Source of the DNA: Stellaceae bacterium | GTDB taxonomy: Bacteria > Pseudomonadota > Alphaproteobacteria > ATCC43930 > CGMCC-115725 | Assembly: GCA_035504235.1 (NCBI GenBank) | Contig: DATJSH010000085.1 | Span: 22 to 64,021, forward strand | Length of the DNA stretch: 64,000 nt | Reading direction: 5' to 3' | Part shown: positions 54,363 to 64,000 of the stretch, piece after piece | Layout: each line of letters begins with the position of its first letter | Numbering within the stretch: position 1 is the stretch's first letter | Translations under genes and position numbers: made by a program | The notes under the pieces: generated by a model | Database searches by the model: none | What the model was told of the DNA's origin: nothing | The model's input: the letters and a program-made list of their open reading frames with translations, nothing else

Positions 54363-55556
54363 ATGAGCCTCAACGGCGTCGTCAACATCGAAGATCTGCA
54401 TCAACTCGCCAAGAAGCGGCTGCCCGAGATCGCCTTCGACTTTATCGAGGGTGGGGTCGAGGACGAGCGCGCGCTCGAAACCAACCGCGCCGCGTTCCAC
54501 AAGCACCAATTGCTGCCGCGCTATCTGGTCGACGTCTCAAAGCGCGACCAATCGCAGACCCTCTTCGGCCGTAAGTTCAGCTCGCCATTCGGCATCTCGC
54601 CGACCGGTACGGCCGGCCTTTTCCGGCGCGGCGCCGATCTGATGCTGGCCGAGGCGGCGCGCGACGCCAATGTGCCCTACATCCAGTCGGGCGGCAGCAA
54701 CGATTCCATGGAGGCGGCCGCCAAGATCGCGCCGCACAACACCTGGTATCAGCTTTACGCCGCGCGCGACAAAGCGATCTCCGAGGATTTGGTGCGCCGG
54801 GCCGCCGATTGCGGGATCGAGACGCTGGTGCTGACCGTCGATGTGCCGGTACGGCCACGCCGCGAGCGGAACATCCGCAACGGTTTCGCGGCCATCCGCG
54901 GCACCTGGCTCAAGGCGGCGTTGCGCCTCAAGCCGGCGATCCTCGCCGAGGCGATGCAGCACCCTGGCTGGGTCTGGGAATACATCAGCCACGGCGGCAC
55001 GCCCAATCTCGACAACTGGAAGCCGTATGCGGCAACGGACGCCACCGTTGACGACGTCGTCGATTTGTTCAGCACCAATACGCCCGCGCATTCGCAGACC
55101 TGGAAGGAGCTCGAGACCTACCGCAAGCTCTTCCCGCGCAACATCGTCATCAAAGGGCTGATGAACCCGGCCGATGCGATCCGCGCCGCCGATATCGGTT
55201 GCGAGGGCGTGCTGGTGTCGAACCATGGCGGGCGGCAGCTCGATCAGGCGCCGGGATCGCTCGATGTGCTGCCGGCGATGAAGGCCGCGGTGGGCGACCG
55301 TATGACCTTGCTGCTCGACAGCGGGGTGCGCCGCGGCGCCGACATCATCATCGCGCTGTGCCTTGGCGCGAAGATGTGTACCTTCGGCCGGCCGACGCTC
55401 TACGGCGCGGTTGCCGGAGGCCTCGACGGCGTCAAGCTGGCGATCGACATCTTTCGCACCGAGATCGACCTCGTGATGGGCCAGATCGGCTGCCCGAGCC
55501 TCGACCAGCTCGGCCCCGATTTCCTGTGGCGGGACGATTACCAAAGGAACCGCTGA
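54363..55556 (+). CDS. FMN-dependent alpha-hydroxy acid dehydrogenase/oxidase (LldD / mandelate dehydrogenase family)
   Basis: Family landmarks VSNHGGRQLD and DSGVRRGADI. 397 aa. Confidence 0.9.
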   Translation: MSLNGVVNIEDLHQLAKKRLPEIAFDFIEGGVEDERALETNRAAFHKHQLLPRYLVDVSKRDQSQTLFGRKFSSPFGISPTGTAGLFRRGADLMLAEAARDANVPYIQSGGSNDSMEAAAKIAPHNTWYQLYAARDKAISEDLVRRAADCGIETLVLTVDVPVRPRRERNIRNGFAAIRGTWLKAALRLKPAILAEAMQHPGWVWEYISHGGTPNLDNWKPYAATDATVDDVVDLFSTNTPAHSQTWKELETYRKLFPRNIVIKGLMNPADAIRAADIGCEGVLVSNHGGRQLDQAPGSLDVLPAMKAAVGDRMTLLLDSGVRRGADIIIALCLGAKMCTFGRPTLYGAVAGGLDGVKLAIDIFRTEIDLVMGQIGCPSLDQLGPDFLWRDDYQRNR

Positions 55557-55599
55557 GCTCTCCTTTCTTCCCGCGGGCCCGCGGGAAGAAAGGAGAGCT
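55556..55599. terminator. 44-nt perfect palindrome, likely bidirectional terminator
   Basis: agctctcctttcttcccgcggg|cccgcgggaagaaaggagagct lies between convergent genes ending at 55556 and 55618. Confidence 0.7.
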
Positions 55600-55617
55600 G
55601 AAAAGGCGCAGGGCCAA

Positions 55618-56892
55618 TTACGCAAGCACGATATCGGGAACCAGCTCCTTGCCGCGCGTTTCCGGGCTGAACAGCATGGCGACGACGAGACAGGCCGCCG
55701 ACATCGTCGTTCCGACGAGCATCGGAATGGCAAAGCCCAGGTGCCAACTCGTCGCGAAATAAGCGAGCACCGGACCGACAAGGCCGCCGAAAATCGCTCC
55801 CTGGTGATAGCAAAACCCCGCCGCGGTCGCGCGTACCTCGGTCGGAAATCGCTCCGACAAGTAGTGCGGGTATTGCACATGCATGCCGCCGCCGCCAAAG
55901 CAGCCCTGCAAGGTGAAGAACAATACGATCATCGTGTAATTGGTCGTCAGCAGATAAAGCGGCGCCACCGGGATCGTCAGCAAGGCGGTGACGATGATCG
56001 CCCCGCGCCGACCGAAGCGATCGGCGTACCAGCCCCAAAACGCCGCCGAGAGGAAGAACATCAGGCTCGACAGCATGACCGGCAGGGCGACGAGCCCGGG
56101 GGTGAAGCCGAGATCCTTCTGCAGATACGACGGGAACATCCCGCCGACCGAGTAGCCGACGACAAAGGCGCTGGCCATCATCCAGCATGCCGTCAGCGTG
56201 TTGCCCAGCACCTGGGGCTTGAAAATGCTGAACAGAGGCGTGCGGACTTCGCGTCTTTGCGTGCGCTGCAGCCGGCGGTTTTCGAGCCAGACCGGCGGCT
56301 CCTTAACGAAAATGCGGATGTAGACGATCGACAGCGCCGGCAGCACGCCGATCCATAAAAGGCCGCGCCAGCCGATCGATGTATAGAATGCGCCGTAGGC
56401 GGCGCTCGACAGCAACGCGCCGAGTCCCCATGAGCCTTGTAGCACCGCCCCCATAAAGCCGCGCGAGCGCTGCGGCCAGGTCTCCATCGCCAGCGCCGCG
56501 CCCGCCGGCCACTCGGCGCCCATGCCGATGCCCAGCAGGGCGCGGAACAGGAACAGAAACCAGAAGCTCGGGGAAAAGCCGGCGGCGAAGTTGCACACCG
56601 AGTACCAGGCAATCGCGATCATCATCGGCTTTTTGCGGCCGATCCGGTCGGCCAGCCAACCGGAGGCCGTCGCACCCACCAGGCGCATCCACAAGGTGAT
56701 CGTAAACACCGCCGTCACGGCCGTCAGCGGCACCTTAAAGTCCTGCGAGATCGGCACCATGATCATCAGAAAGATGGTGAAATCGAACGCATCCAGCGTC
56801 CAACCCAGCCACGCCGCCACCCAGGCGAGCCACTGCTCCTTGGTCGGCTCCTTCCACCATGGAATCGAATTTGCCGTCGCGACTGCCGTCAT
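55618..56892 (-). CDS. MFS transporter (metabolite/sialate:H+ symporter-like)
   Basis: ATG at 56892. 12-TM organisation with LGWTLDAFDFTIF and ADRIGRKKPM motifs. Confidence 0.85.
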   Translation of the reverse strand: MTAVATANSIPWWKEPTKEQWLAWVAAWLGWTLDAFDFTIFLMIMVPISQDFKVPLTAVTAVFTITLWMRLVGATASGWLADRIGRKKPMMIAIAWYSVCNFAAGFSPSFWFLFLFRALLGIGMGAEWPAGAALAMETWPQRSRGFMGAVLQGSWGLGALLSSAAYGAFYTSIGWRGLLWIGVLPALSIVYIRIFVKEPPVWLENRRLQRTQRREVRTPLFSIFKPQVLGNTLTACWMMASAFVVGYSVGGMFPSYLQKDLGFTPGLVALPVMLSSLMFFLSAAFWGWYADRFGRRGAIIVTALLTIPVAPLYLLTTNYTMIVLFFTLQGCFGGGGMHVQYPHYLSERFPTEVRATAAGFCYHQGAIFGGLVGPVLAYFATSWHLGFAIPMLVGTTMSAACLVVAMLFSPETRGKELVPDIVLA

Positions 56893-57061
56893 CGTCGGTC
56901 TCCCTGTCCGTGCCGGCTCTTTGGCGAACCGTGCGCAAGGGAGCGTAGGCCGGACAAACGGCAAACGTCGCAATCAAATGATAGGCATGTCATCGAATGC
57001 GAAGGGACGCCCCAACCGATGAAGCGTGCCAATCCCCTGCGAAAAAAGGGGAACGCTCTAG

Positions 57062-57898
57062 CTATCTACCCTGCCGGCGCAAGAAGTCGATAAAGGTCGC
57101 CGCCAACAGCCCCTCCTTCGCATCCCAATCGGCGAACGCCTCGTCGAGGGTCGCCTTCAGCTCGGTGACGACCTCGTGGAATTCGGCGTTTGGCATCAAC
57201 TGGTGGCAGGCGAAGCCGGCGGGCGGCGGGTGCACCGGGTCCTTGCCGGGGCAGATGCAAGCCGGCATCGTCAGCGAACGCAGTTCCGCCGGGCTGAGGC
57301 CGATCACCGGATGCTCGCTGCCGGCGTCGAAGCTGTCGCGCCAGCGCTCCATGCGGCTGATAAAGTCGCTTGGGTTTATCGCCATCAGCGTGTCGCGGCT
57401 TGCCGGGTTGGCGGCGATGACCTCTTTCCAATGGTCGAGTTGGCAGACCGCCGCCATGCCGCCCGCCTTCGCCGCCTCGATGTGCGAGGTGTAGTACTGG
57501 TTGGCGAGGTGGACGGCCGCATGCCGGCCGCCGGTCACTCGCCACAACAGCAGGCCGCGCACCGCCTCGGGATGGCGCAGCGCCAGGATCAGCGCCAGCC
57601 GGCATCCCGAAGAGCTGCCGCCGATATAGGCCGGCAGCGCATCAATCTTTTGCAGCAATTCGAAAAGGTCCTCGGCCCACTCGTCGTTCTCGGATTCGCC
57701 GGTGATCGCGATGCCGGAGGCGCCACAATTGCGCCGGTCATAGATGACGACGCGATACCCAGCCTCGGCGATCTTCTGCGCCAGCGGCTTGACCGAAATG
57801 CCGGCCCGCCGGCCGCCCGGCTGCAGCGCGATGAACTGCCCCCGCTCACCGAGAATCTCGTAATTGATGTCGATACCGCGGATTTGCGTGACGGGCAT
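57062..57898 (-). CDS. alpha/beta hydrolase
   Basis: ATG at 57898 (MPVTQIRGIDINYEILG). GGSSSG nucleophile elbow. Confidence 0.75.
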   Translation of the reverse strand: MPVTQIRGIDINYEILGERGQFIALQPGGRRAGISVKPLAQKIAEAGYRVVIYDRRNCGASGIAITGESENDEWAEDLFELLQKIDALPAYIGGSSSGCRLALILALRHPEAVRGLLLWRVTGGRHAAVHLANQYYTSHIEAAKAGGMAAVCQLDHWKEVIAANPASRDTLMAINPSDFISRMERWRDSFDAGSEHPVIGLSPAELRSLTMPACICPGKDPVHPPPAGFACHQLMPNAEFHEVVTELKATLDEAFADWDAKEGLLAATFIDFLRRQGR

Positions 57899-57959
57899 GG
57901 AGGCGTCTCCCGGAGCCAGCATTTATCTGCGTGATGTTAGCGAGCCGCATGGCACGACG

Positions 57960-58069
57960 CCATGCTCTCTCGACCACCCCGGCGCAGGCCGGGACCCATG
58001 TTTTAACCGCACGAACAGCGAAAGAATGGGTCGCGGCCTCCGCGGGATGGAATAGTAACGGCGCTGGTC
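57960..58069. repeat. REP-like cluster of short GC-rich hairpins
   Basis: Hairpins cccggc-gcag-gccggg (57978-57993), cgcgg-cct-ccgcg (58032-58044) and ggaatag/ctattcc (58049-58076). Translation gives PAQAGTH, a motif typical of proteobacterial REP elements. Confidence 0.3.
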
Positions 58070-59476
58070 CTATTCCGCCGGCGCCCGCCGTGCCTGTGCC
58101 AGTGTCGGTTCCGCGCCGGCGGTGAGCTGGCTGTCGATCTCCTCGATCGAGCGGCCCTTGGTCTCGATCCCGAACAGGAAGGCAAACCCCGACAGGAACG
58201 ACCAGAAGGCGAGGAAGATCATCGCCGGCATGATGAAGTCGAGCGACGCCTTGGGGCTAACGAAATTCGACTGGCCGCAGATCAGCGCCAGGCCCAGCGG
58301 CCCGATCACCTTGCCGAGATTGCCCAGACCGTAGCCAAAGCCCATGCCGCTGGCGCGCAGTCCCGCCGGCCATATCTCGGCCGAATACGGACCGATGATC
58401 GCGTAGGCGCCGTCGCCAAAGAAGCGCTGCGCCATCACGAACAGCCAGAACGCCGACACGCCACCGATCATCCCGGCGTAATAGAAGCCGGCGAGGCACA
58501 TCAAGATGCCGCCGCCCATGCCAACGAGAAAGCCGGCCGGCCGCCGGCCGATCGCGTCGCTCGCGTAGGAGCAGACCAGCCGCCCGATAAAGCCGCTGAC
58601 CCCGACCCAAATCATCAAAGACGCCGCTTGTGCCGGGGTGATCTTGAGGATCAGCACCAGAAGTGTCGTCGCCCACATCAGAAGCCCGATGCCGCTCGTC
58701 TGGCTGAGGCTCGTCAGCACCGAAACGACCATGCTGCGCGGATATTTGAAAATCTCGACCCAAGGCGTGTGCGGCGTCTCCTCGATCGTCGTTGGCAGCG
58801 CGACATCCTTCGGATCGATCATCAGCGCCCAGGCGACTGATTGGCGCGCCTCCTCGACGCGGCCCTTGCGGATCAACCAGCGCGGGGATTCGGGAACCCA
58901 CGCGCGGATCAAGAGGGTGAGCAGCGCCGGCAACAGGCCGATCGCGAACAATCCGCGCCAGCCGAACACCGGCGCCAGGAACGCGCCGAGAAACGCGCCA
59001 AAAATATTGCCGAGCGGCAGACAGGAGGTGACGAGCCCGCCGACCCAGCCGCGCTTGTAGGTCGGGATGAACTCCTGCACGAGCGGCAGGTCGACCGTGA
59101 ACAGCCCCGAGACGCCAAAGCCGACGAGAAATCGGCAGGCTGTCAGGTAGAGCCACCCGCCGGCATCGGGGGTCAGCGCCATCAGCCCGGTGGGGATCGA
59201 GAAATTGAGCGCGGTCAGAATGAACACCTTGCGGCGCCCGACCTTGTCGGCCATCCAGCCCCAGAAGAAGGCGCCCGGAATGGCGCCCATGCCGGCCGAC
59301 AGCAGTACCATCGCCGACTGACCGAAGGTCAGCTTCCATGGGCCGACGATGAAGGCCAGTACATAGCCGATCAGGTAGAAGTCGAAAAAGTCGAGCATGT
59401 CGCCCAAAATTGCCGCGACGATGATTTTCCACTGATTGATCGTGAGCCGCGCCTGCCGCTCGATCATGTCCAACAT
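58070..59476 (-). CDS. MFS transporter (aromatic acid / metabolite:H+ symporter-like)
   Basis: ATG at 59476. 12-TM organisation with MADKVGRRKVF and ASDAIGRRP motif-A loops. Confidence 0.85.
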   Translation of the reverse strand: MLDMIERQARLTINQWKIIVAAILGDMLDFFDFYLIGYVLAFIVGPWKLTFGQSAMVLLSAGMGAIPGAFFWGWMADKVGRRKVFILTALNFSIPTGLMALTPDAGGWLYLTACRFLVGFGVSGLFTVDLPLVQEFIPTYKRGWVGGLVTSCLPLGNIFGAFLGAFLAPVFGWRGLFAIGLLPALLTLLIRAWVPESPRWLIRKGRVEEARQSVAWALMIDPKDVALPTTIEETPHTPWVEIFKYPRSMVVSVLTSLSQTSGIGLLMWATTLLVLILKITPAQAASLMIWVGVSGFIGRLVCSYASDAIGRRPAGFLVGMGGGILMCLAGFYYAGMIGGVSAFWLFVMAQRFFGDGAYAIIGPYSAEIWPAGLRASGMGFGYGLGNLGKVIGPLGLALICGQSNFVSPKASLDFIMPAMIFLAFWSFLSGFAFLFGIETKGRSIEEIDSQLTAGAEPTLAQARRAPAE

Positions 59477-59676
59477 GCGTATCCTCCGGCGTCGCGACTT
59501 TGCCCCGTCGCGGCTGATGCTGCGACGTGATACCGGCCCTGTTCGCATGTCGTGATTTGCCGTGACGATAGCCTAAACCGGCGGATTCGCAAATCGCTTG
59601 GGACGCGGTATAAGTGCTTTCACCGAGGGCGCTCGCGGCGAATTCTGGCGCGGCTCATCAGGCGAGGGAGCAAACG

Positions 59677-60624
59677 ATGAAGCTATTATATTTCAACGAC
59701 TTCAAGCTCGGCGTCTTGAAGGGCGACGCCGTGGTCGACGTCAGCGCCGAGGTTGCGGGCATCGCCCATACCGGGCCGGGCGACCTGATGAACAACCTCA
59801 TCGAGCAGTGGGACGGCTATAAGGCGCGGCTTGAGGCGGCGGTCGCCAAGGGCAGCGGCGTCCCGGTGTCGAGCGTGCGCATCCGTCCGCCGGTACCGGG
59901 CCCGCGGACGATCGACTGCATGGCCGTCAATTACATGGAAGACGGCACGCGCAGCGCGCCGGCGCCGATCAACGCGTTCCACAAAAGCCCCTCCGCTATT
60001 ATCGGCCAGGGCGACACGATGGTGCTGCCCGACGTGCCGGCCGCGATCTTTGAGGGCGAGGCCGAGATGGCCGCCGTCATCGGCAAGAAATGCTCGAACG
60101 TCAGCGAAGCGCAGGCGCTGAGCTATGTGTTCGGCTACATGAACTTCATCGACGGGTCCGCGCGCGGTCTGCCACCGCCGGGCAACGTGTTCTTTCAGAT
60201 GAAGAGCCGCGACACGTTTGCGCCGATCGGCCCCTATCTTGTCACCGCCGACGAGATCGCGAACCCGCAGAAGCTGCAGATCAAGCTGTGGAACAACGGC
60301 ATCTTGATGCAGAACTTCAACACCGACGACATGGGCCACAACATCGCCAAGTCGATCGCCTGGCTGTCGTCGATCCACACGCTGCTGCCGGGCGACATCG
60401 TCGCCACCGGTACCAACCACCGCGGGCTCAACCCGTTCATGGATGGTGACAAGATCGAGCTCGAGACCGAAGGCCTCGGCCGCCTGTCGTTCAACATCAA
60501 GGACGAGCTGAAGCGCACCTGGGCGCGCAAGACGCGCCTGCAATGCCACGAAGAGGCGAGGGAAAAGACCCCGGGCGCGTACCCGGACTTCACCCCGCAG
60601 CTCACGGGCAAATACGCGAAGTAA
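59677..60624 (+). CDS. fumarylacetoacetate hydrolase (FAH) family protein
   Basis: ATG at 59677 with a GAGGGAG RBS. FAH-like C-terminal domain (CMAVNY..., EGEAEMAAVIGK, GDIVATGT). Confidence 0.88.
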   Translation: MKLLYFNDFKLGVLKGDAVVDVSAEVAGIAHTGPGDLMNNLIEQWDGYKARLEAAVAKGSGVPVSSVRIRPPVPGPRTIDCMAVNYMEDGTRSAPAPINAFHKSPSAIIGQGDTMVLPDVPAAIFEGEAEMAAVIGKKCSNVSEAQALSYVFGYMNFIDGSARGLPPPGNVFFQMKSRDTFAPIGPYLVTADEIANPQKLQIKLWNNGILMQNFNTDDMGHNIAKSIAWLSSIHTLLPGDIVATGTNHRGLNPFMDGDKIELETEGLGRLSFNIKDELKRTWARKTRLQCHEEAREKTPGAYPDFTPQLTGKYAK

Positions 60625-60629
60625 CGCGG

Positions 60630-61463
60630 GTGGCGGCCGATCCCTCATCGACAAGGCGAAAGCGCGACGAGGGATCGGGCCGTCGTGGCGGCCTGGGCCC
60701 GGGCAAGGAAAGCACGCCCCCGGCAATTCGCATTCTTGACAACGAATTGTTTGAAATCGCCGGGATACGGTTTCGCTGGGTGAGCAGCGATTATGGCAGC
60801 TGGCACACCTCGGCGAAGGAGGTCATTGTCCTCAAGCCCGCCAGCTGGTTTGAGTATTACGCCGGCATCATTCGCGAGCGCGGCATCCGCAACGTCGTAG
60901 AGCTGGGTATTTTCGAGGGCGGCTCGGTGATCGCGCTCGCGCTGTTGTTTGATGAGTTGCGCATTGCCGCGTTCGATTTGCGGCAGCCCGACGCGCCGGT
61001 GCTCGATCTTCTCGACCGGTTGAAAATCGCCGACCGAGTCAAGTTGTTCTATGGCGTCTATCAGGATGACCGGAAGCTCGTCGAGAAGGCCGTCTTCGAC
61101 GTCTTCGGCGGTGCGCCGATCGACATGGTCGTCGACGATGCCTCGCACCAATATGCGCCCACGCGCGCCTCTTTCGAGATGCTGTTTCCGTTGCTGCGGT
61201 ACGCAGGGGTTTACATCATCGAGGATTGGGCCTGGGCGCATTGGCCGGGCACGTTTCAGACGGAGCAATGGCTCGACCAGCCGGCGATGTCGAACCTCAT
61301 TTTCGAGTTGACCATGTTGGCCGGCTCCGGACATGTGCCGATCGAGAAAATCGACATACGCACCGCCACGGCGGCGGTTTACAAATCGGAGGCGGGATCG
61401 CTGCCGAATTTCCGGCTGAACGGCGCGTTTCCGATGCGCGGCAAAGCCCTGCCGCTGATCTGA
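60630..61463 (+). CDS. class I SAM-dependent methyltransferase (CmcI / Methyltransf_24-like)
   Basis: [11 protein letters not shown] and MVVDDASH motifs. There is no in-frame ATG near the 5' end. The GTG at 60630, just after the FAH stop, is the best candidate start. Confidence 0.6.
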   Translation: MAADPSSTRRKRDEGSGRRGGLGPGKESTPPAIRILDNELFEIAGIRFRWVSSDYGSWHTSAKEVIVLKPASWFEYYAGIIRERGIRNVVELGIFEGGSVIALALLFDELRIAAFDLRQPDAPVLDLLDRLKIADRVKLFYGVYQDDRKLVEKAVFDVFGGAPIDMVVDDASHQYAPTRASFEMLFPLLRYAGVYIIEDWAWAHWPGTFQTEQWLDQPAMSNLIFELTMLAGSGHVPIEKIDIRTATAAVYKSEAGSLPNFRLNGAFPMRGKALPLI

Positions 61464-61485
61464 CCGACGGCCGCACCCGCATCCC

Positions 61486-63183
61486 ATGAAACGGCTCCGT
61501 TCCGACATCACCCGCGAGGGGCTGCACCGCACCCCGCACCGCGCCTTCATGCGTGCGATGGGTTTGGACGACGCCGCGATCCGGAAGCCGATGATCGGCG
61601 TCGTGTCGATGAAGGGCGAGCAGACCCCGTGCAACATGACGCACGGCTTCCAGGTCGATGCCGCAAAGGAGGGCATCGCTGAGGCCGGTGGCACGCCGCG
61701 CGAATTCACCACGATCTCGGTTTCTGACGGGATCAGCATGAACCATGAGGGGATGAAGTTCTCGCTGGTCTCGCGCGAGCTCATCGCCGACTCGATCGAG
61801 GCGGTGGTGCATGGCCTCGCCTATGACGGGCTTGTCGGCTTTGGCGGCTGCGACAAGACGCTGCCCGGTGTGATGATGGGCATGGTCCGCTGCAACGTGC
61901 CGTCGGTGTTCATCTATGGCGGCGCCGCGCTCCCCGGCCGCTTTGAGGGCCGGGACGTGACGATCCTCGATTCCTATGAGGCGATCGGTGCGGTATTGAC
62001 CGGCGATATGGACGAGGCGGAACTGGCAAAGCTCGAACATGCCTGTTTGCCGAGCGTTGGCGCCTGTGCCGGTCAGTTCACCGCCAACACGATGGGCATG
62101 GTGTCGGAGGCGCTCGGCCTCAGCATGCCGAACGTCTCGATGATCCCCGGCGTCTACAGCGAGCGCGCCGGACACGCGCGCCGTGCCGGCGCGATCGTCA
62201 TGCGCGCGGTGCTGGGTAACGGCCCGCGTCCGCGGGACATTGTCACCCGCAAGGCGCTGGAGAATGCGTGCGCCATCGTCGCGGCCACCGGCGGCTCGAC
62301 CAACGCGGCGCTGCATATCCCGGCGATCGCGCACGAGGCGGGCACCGCCTTCGACTTGGATGATGTCGCCGAAGTCTTCGCGCGCACGCCGCTGATCGCC
62401 GACCTGCGGCCGGGGGGACGGTTCACCGCGAAGGACGTGCACGAGATAGGCGGTACCGCCGTCATCATCCGCGCGCTGATCGAATTGGGCGCGATCGACG
62501 GGTCTTGCCTGACGGTGAGCGGCGAAACGCTTGCGCTGGTCTACGGCATTGCCGCCGCGCCCGATGGCGCGGTAGTCCGGGCGAAGGAAGCGCCGATCGC
62601 GCCCGATGGCGGGGTCGCGGTGCTGAAAGGCAATCTTTGCCCTGACGGTGCGCTCATCAAGGTCGCCGGGCTCAAGACGCTGGTTCATGAGGGCCCGGCG
62701 CGGGTCTTCGAAAGCGAGCAGGATTGTGCCCGTGCGGTCGAGGCACGCGACTACCGCGCCGGCGACGTGCTGATCATCCGCAACGAAGGCCCGGTGGGCG
62801 GGCCGGGCATGCAGGAAATGCTCGGCGTTACCGCGCTGATCTATGGCCAGAAAATGGGGGAGGCGGTCGCGCTCGTCACCGATGGCCGGTTCTCGGGCGC
62901 GACGCGGGGCATCTGCGTCGGCTATGTCGCGCCGGAGGCGGCAATTGGCGGGCCGCTCGCGCTGGTGCGCGACGGGGATCCGGTCCGTATCGACTGCACC
63001 GCCCGATGCATGGATTTACTGATCTCCAAGGACGAGCTCGCGCGCCGCCGCGCGGTTTGGAAACCCGCGGCTGCGCGGCACAAGGCGGGGCTGCTCGCCA
63101 AATATGCCGCGCAGGTCGGCCAAGCCAACAAGGGCGCCGTCACCCATGCCGGTGGCGCCGAATGGCCGTGGTTTGACGAATAG
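61486..63183 (+). CDS. ilvD: IlvD/Edd family dehydratase (dihydroxy-acid or sugar-acid dehydratase)
   Basis: 565 aa. Family motifs CDKTLPG and SDGRFSG-like ([11 protein letters not shown]). The symbol is tentative because sugar-acid dehydratase paralogs are common. Confidence 0.85.
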   Translation: MKRLRSDITREGLHRTPHRAFMRAMGLDDAAIRKPMIGVVSMKGEQTPCNMTHGFQVDAAKEGIAEAGGTPREFTTISVSDGISMNHEGMKFSLVSRELIADSIEAVVHGLAYDGLVGFGGCDKTLPGVMMGMVRCNVPSVFIYGGAALPGRFEGRDVTILDSYEAIGAVLTGDMDEAELAKLEHACLPSVGACAGQFTANTMGMVSEALGLSMPNVSMIPGVYSERAGHARRAGAIVMRAVLGNGPRPRDIVTRKALENACAIVAATGGSTNAALHIPAIAHEAGTAFDLDDVAEVFARTPLIADLRPGGRFTAKDVHEIGGTAVIIRALIELGAIDGSCLTVSGETLALVYGIAAAPDGAVVRAKEAPIAPDGGVAVLKGNLCPDGALIKVAGLKTLVHEGPARVFESEQDCARAVEARDYRAGDVLIIRNEGPVGGPGMQEMLGVTALIYGQKMGEAVALVTDGRFSGATRGICVGYVAPEAAIGGPLALVRDGDPVRIDCTARCMDLLISKDELARRRAVWKPAAARHKAGLLAKYAAQVGQANKGAVTHAGGAEWPWFDE

Positions 63184-63241
63184 CTGCTACCTTCACGCGA
63201 TGCTCTCGGGGAGGCAGGCGCGGCGAAAAGGGTGCGTCCGG

Positions 63242-63541
63242 TCAGCGGCACTCCGGCAGCGCCAACAGCGTCTCGGGTTGCAGCCCGTCGCCGACGCTCT
63301 TGATGTATTTGCTGCCGTATCTGCTGACCGCGACGATGACCGGCAGTTCACGCCCGTCGGCCTTGATATAGAAGCTCCAGCGCCCGGTTTCGATTGCCGC
63401 GATGGCTTGGTCCTGGCTGATTCGCCAATGCGCGCCATCGAGGTTGACCCCGCCGAAGCCGAGAATGCGCCGGTCATGGTTCACCAAGTCGGAGCGCTTG
63501 ACGCACGTGATGCAGTATCGCCCCGGCACCGCTGATCGCAC
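63242..63541 (-). CDS. DUF3892 domain protein
   Basis: ITCVKRSD...ILGFGG...WRISQDQAIAAIETGRWSFYIK pattern. Family assignment is from memory. Confidence 0.55.
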   Translation of the reverse strand: MRSAVPGRYCITCVKRSDLVNHDRRILGFGGVNLDGAHWRISQDQAIAAIETGRWSFYIKADGRELPVIVAVSRYGSKYIKSVGDGLQPETLLALPECR

Positions 63542-63620
63542 CGCCGACCATCCCCCAACGTCAACAGCTCCAGGGTAAATCTACCAGAAGCCGCGCCGAA
63601 AAGTTAAGTGCGCGGCGGAG

Positions 63621-64000
63621 CTACTCCGCCGCCTGGGCGAGCGGCGGCCGTCGCACATCGGCGAGCGCCTCCTCGTAGAGCTCAACCCAGTCGCGTCCGG
63701 CGGGCGCGATGATCTCGCCCGATCGCACATTGCCGGCGGCTTCCGGGTCGTCGACCAGCGGCGGTACGGTGCCATGCTCTTTTAGCGCCCAGGCGGCCTC
63801 GTACAGCCGTCGGCGGGTCATGACGATCATCCGGTCGCTTGGCACCAGGTGTTCGAGCGTGCGGTCGGCGATTACGTCCATGCTCTCGGTCATCGCCGAA
63901 TCCTGCGGGAAAAGCCCGCTGATCCCCGAGAAGCTGACGGTCCGCTGCATCTCGCGGTCGATCAGATAGTCGTTCTCCGCGCTCGCCACAGTCCGCCAGC
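63621..64000 (-). CDS. aromatic ring-hydroxylating (Rieske-type) oxygenase alpha subunit, C-terminal part (partial; runs off the window)
   Basis: ENDYLIDREMQ...FSGISG...QDSAMTESMDVIADRTLEHL resembles the phthalate-dioxygenase-family catalytic domain tail. The reading frame stays open to position 64000. Confidence 0.55.
   Translation of the reverse strand, partial: WRTVASAENDYLIDREMQRTVSFSGISGLFPQDSAMTESMDVIADRTLEHLVPSDRMIVMTRRRLYEAAWALKEHGTVPPLVDDPEAAGNVRSGEIIAPAGRDWVELYEEALADVRRPPLAQAAE

Noticed and set aside
54537-55898. 453-aa minus-strand ORF across the alpha-hydroxy-acid dehydrogenase gene and the palindrome
   Set aside because: It is antisense to a well-supported FMN dehydrogenase and crosses a terminator palindrome. 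It has no motifs.
61297-62688. 463-aa antisense ORF over ilvD
   Set aside because: It is a shadow ORF opposite a highly recognisable IlvD/Edd gene.

Overview
High-GC chromosomal segment. Hand-sampled lines are mostly about 63-70% GC. It looks alphaproteobacterial, probably Hyphomicrobiales/Bradyrhizobiaceae-like, judging from gene content and from GC-rich intergenic hairpin repeats whose translations give the familiar VDGRxKxGHD / WMAGTSPAMT motifs. I support about 57 protein-coding genes, one tRNA-Arg(CCG), one decayed pseudogene, two clear terminator hairpins and some REP-like repeats. Housekeeping anchors are polA (9087-11912) and an IlvD/Edd-family dehydratase (61486-63183). Most of the rest is accessory metabolism: HpaB-, LLM- and NtaA-type flavin monooxygenases, alpha/beta hydrolases, a CoA-transferase, an M20 amidohydrolase, a TPP enzyme, an FAH-family enzyme, three MFS transporters, ABC substrate-binding proteins and an RND efflux pair. 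The most coherent block is a zeaxanthin-type carotenoid cluster at 14.3-24.3 kb. It contains crtY-crtI-crtB with 4-bp ATGA overlaps, then crtZ and crtE on the opposite strand. An ABC-2 exporter is nested in the crtE unit. A carotenoid cleavage oxygenase and a low-GC fatty-acid-hydroxylase-family gene sit at its edge. The best candidates for something undescribed are two. (1) A Ddl-like ATP-grasp, a serine hydrolase and a membrane-anchored MurF-like ligase (30.6-34.2 kb), with no cell-wall gene context. (2) A 1107-aa patatin/cPLA2-like protein whose catalytic Ser and Asp motifs are separated by a long polytopic membrane region (43.3-46.6 kb). I saw no CRISPR array, transposase, integrase or rRNA. 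All functional calls rest on motif recognition by eye. No database search was possible.
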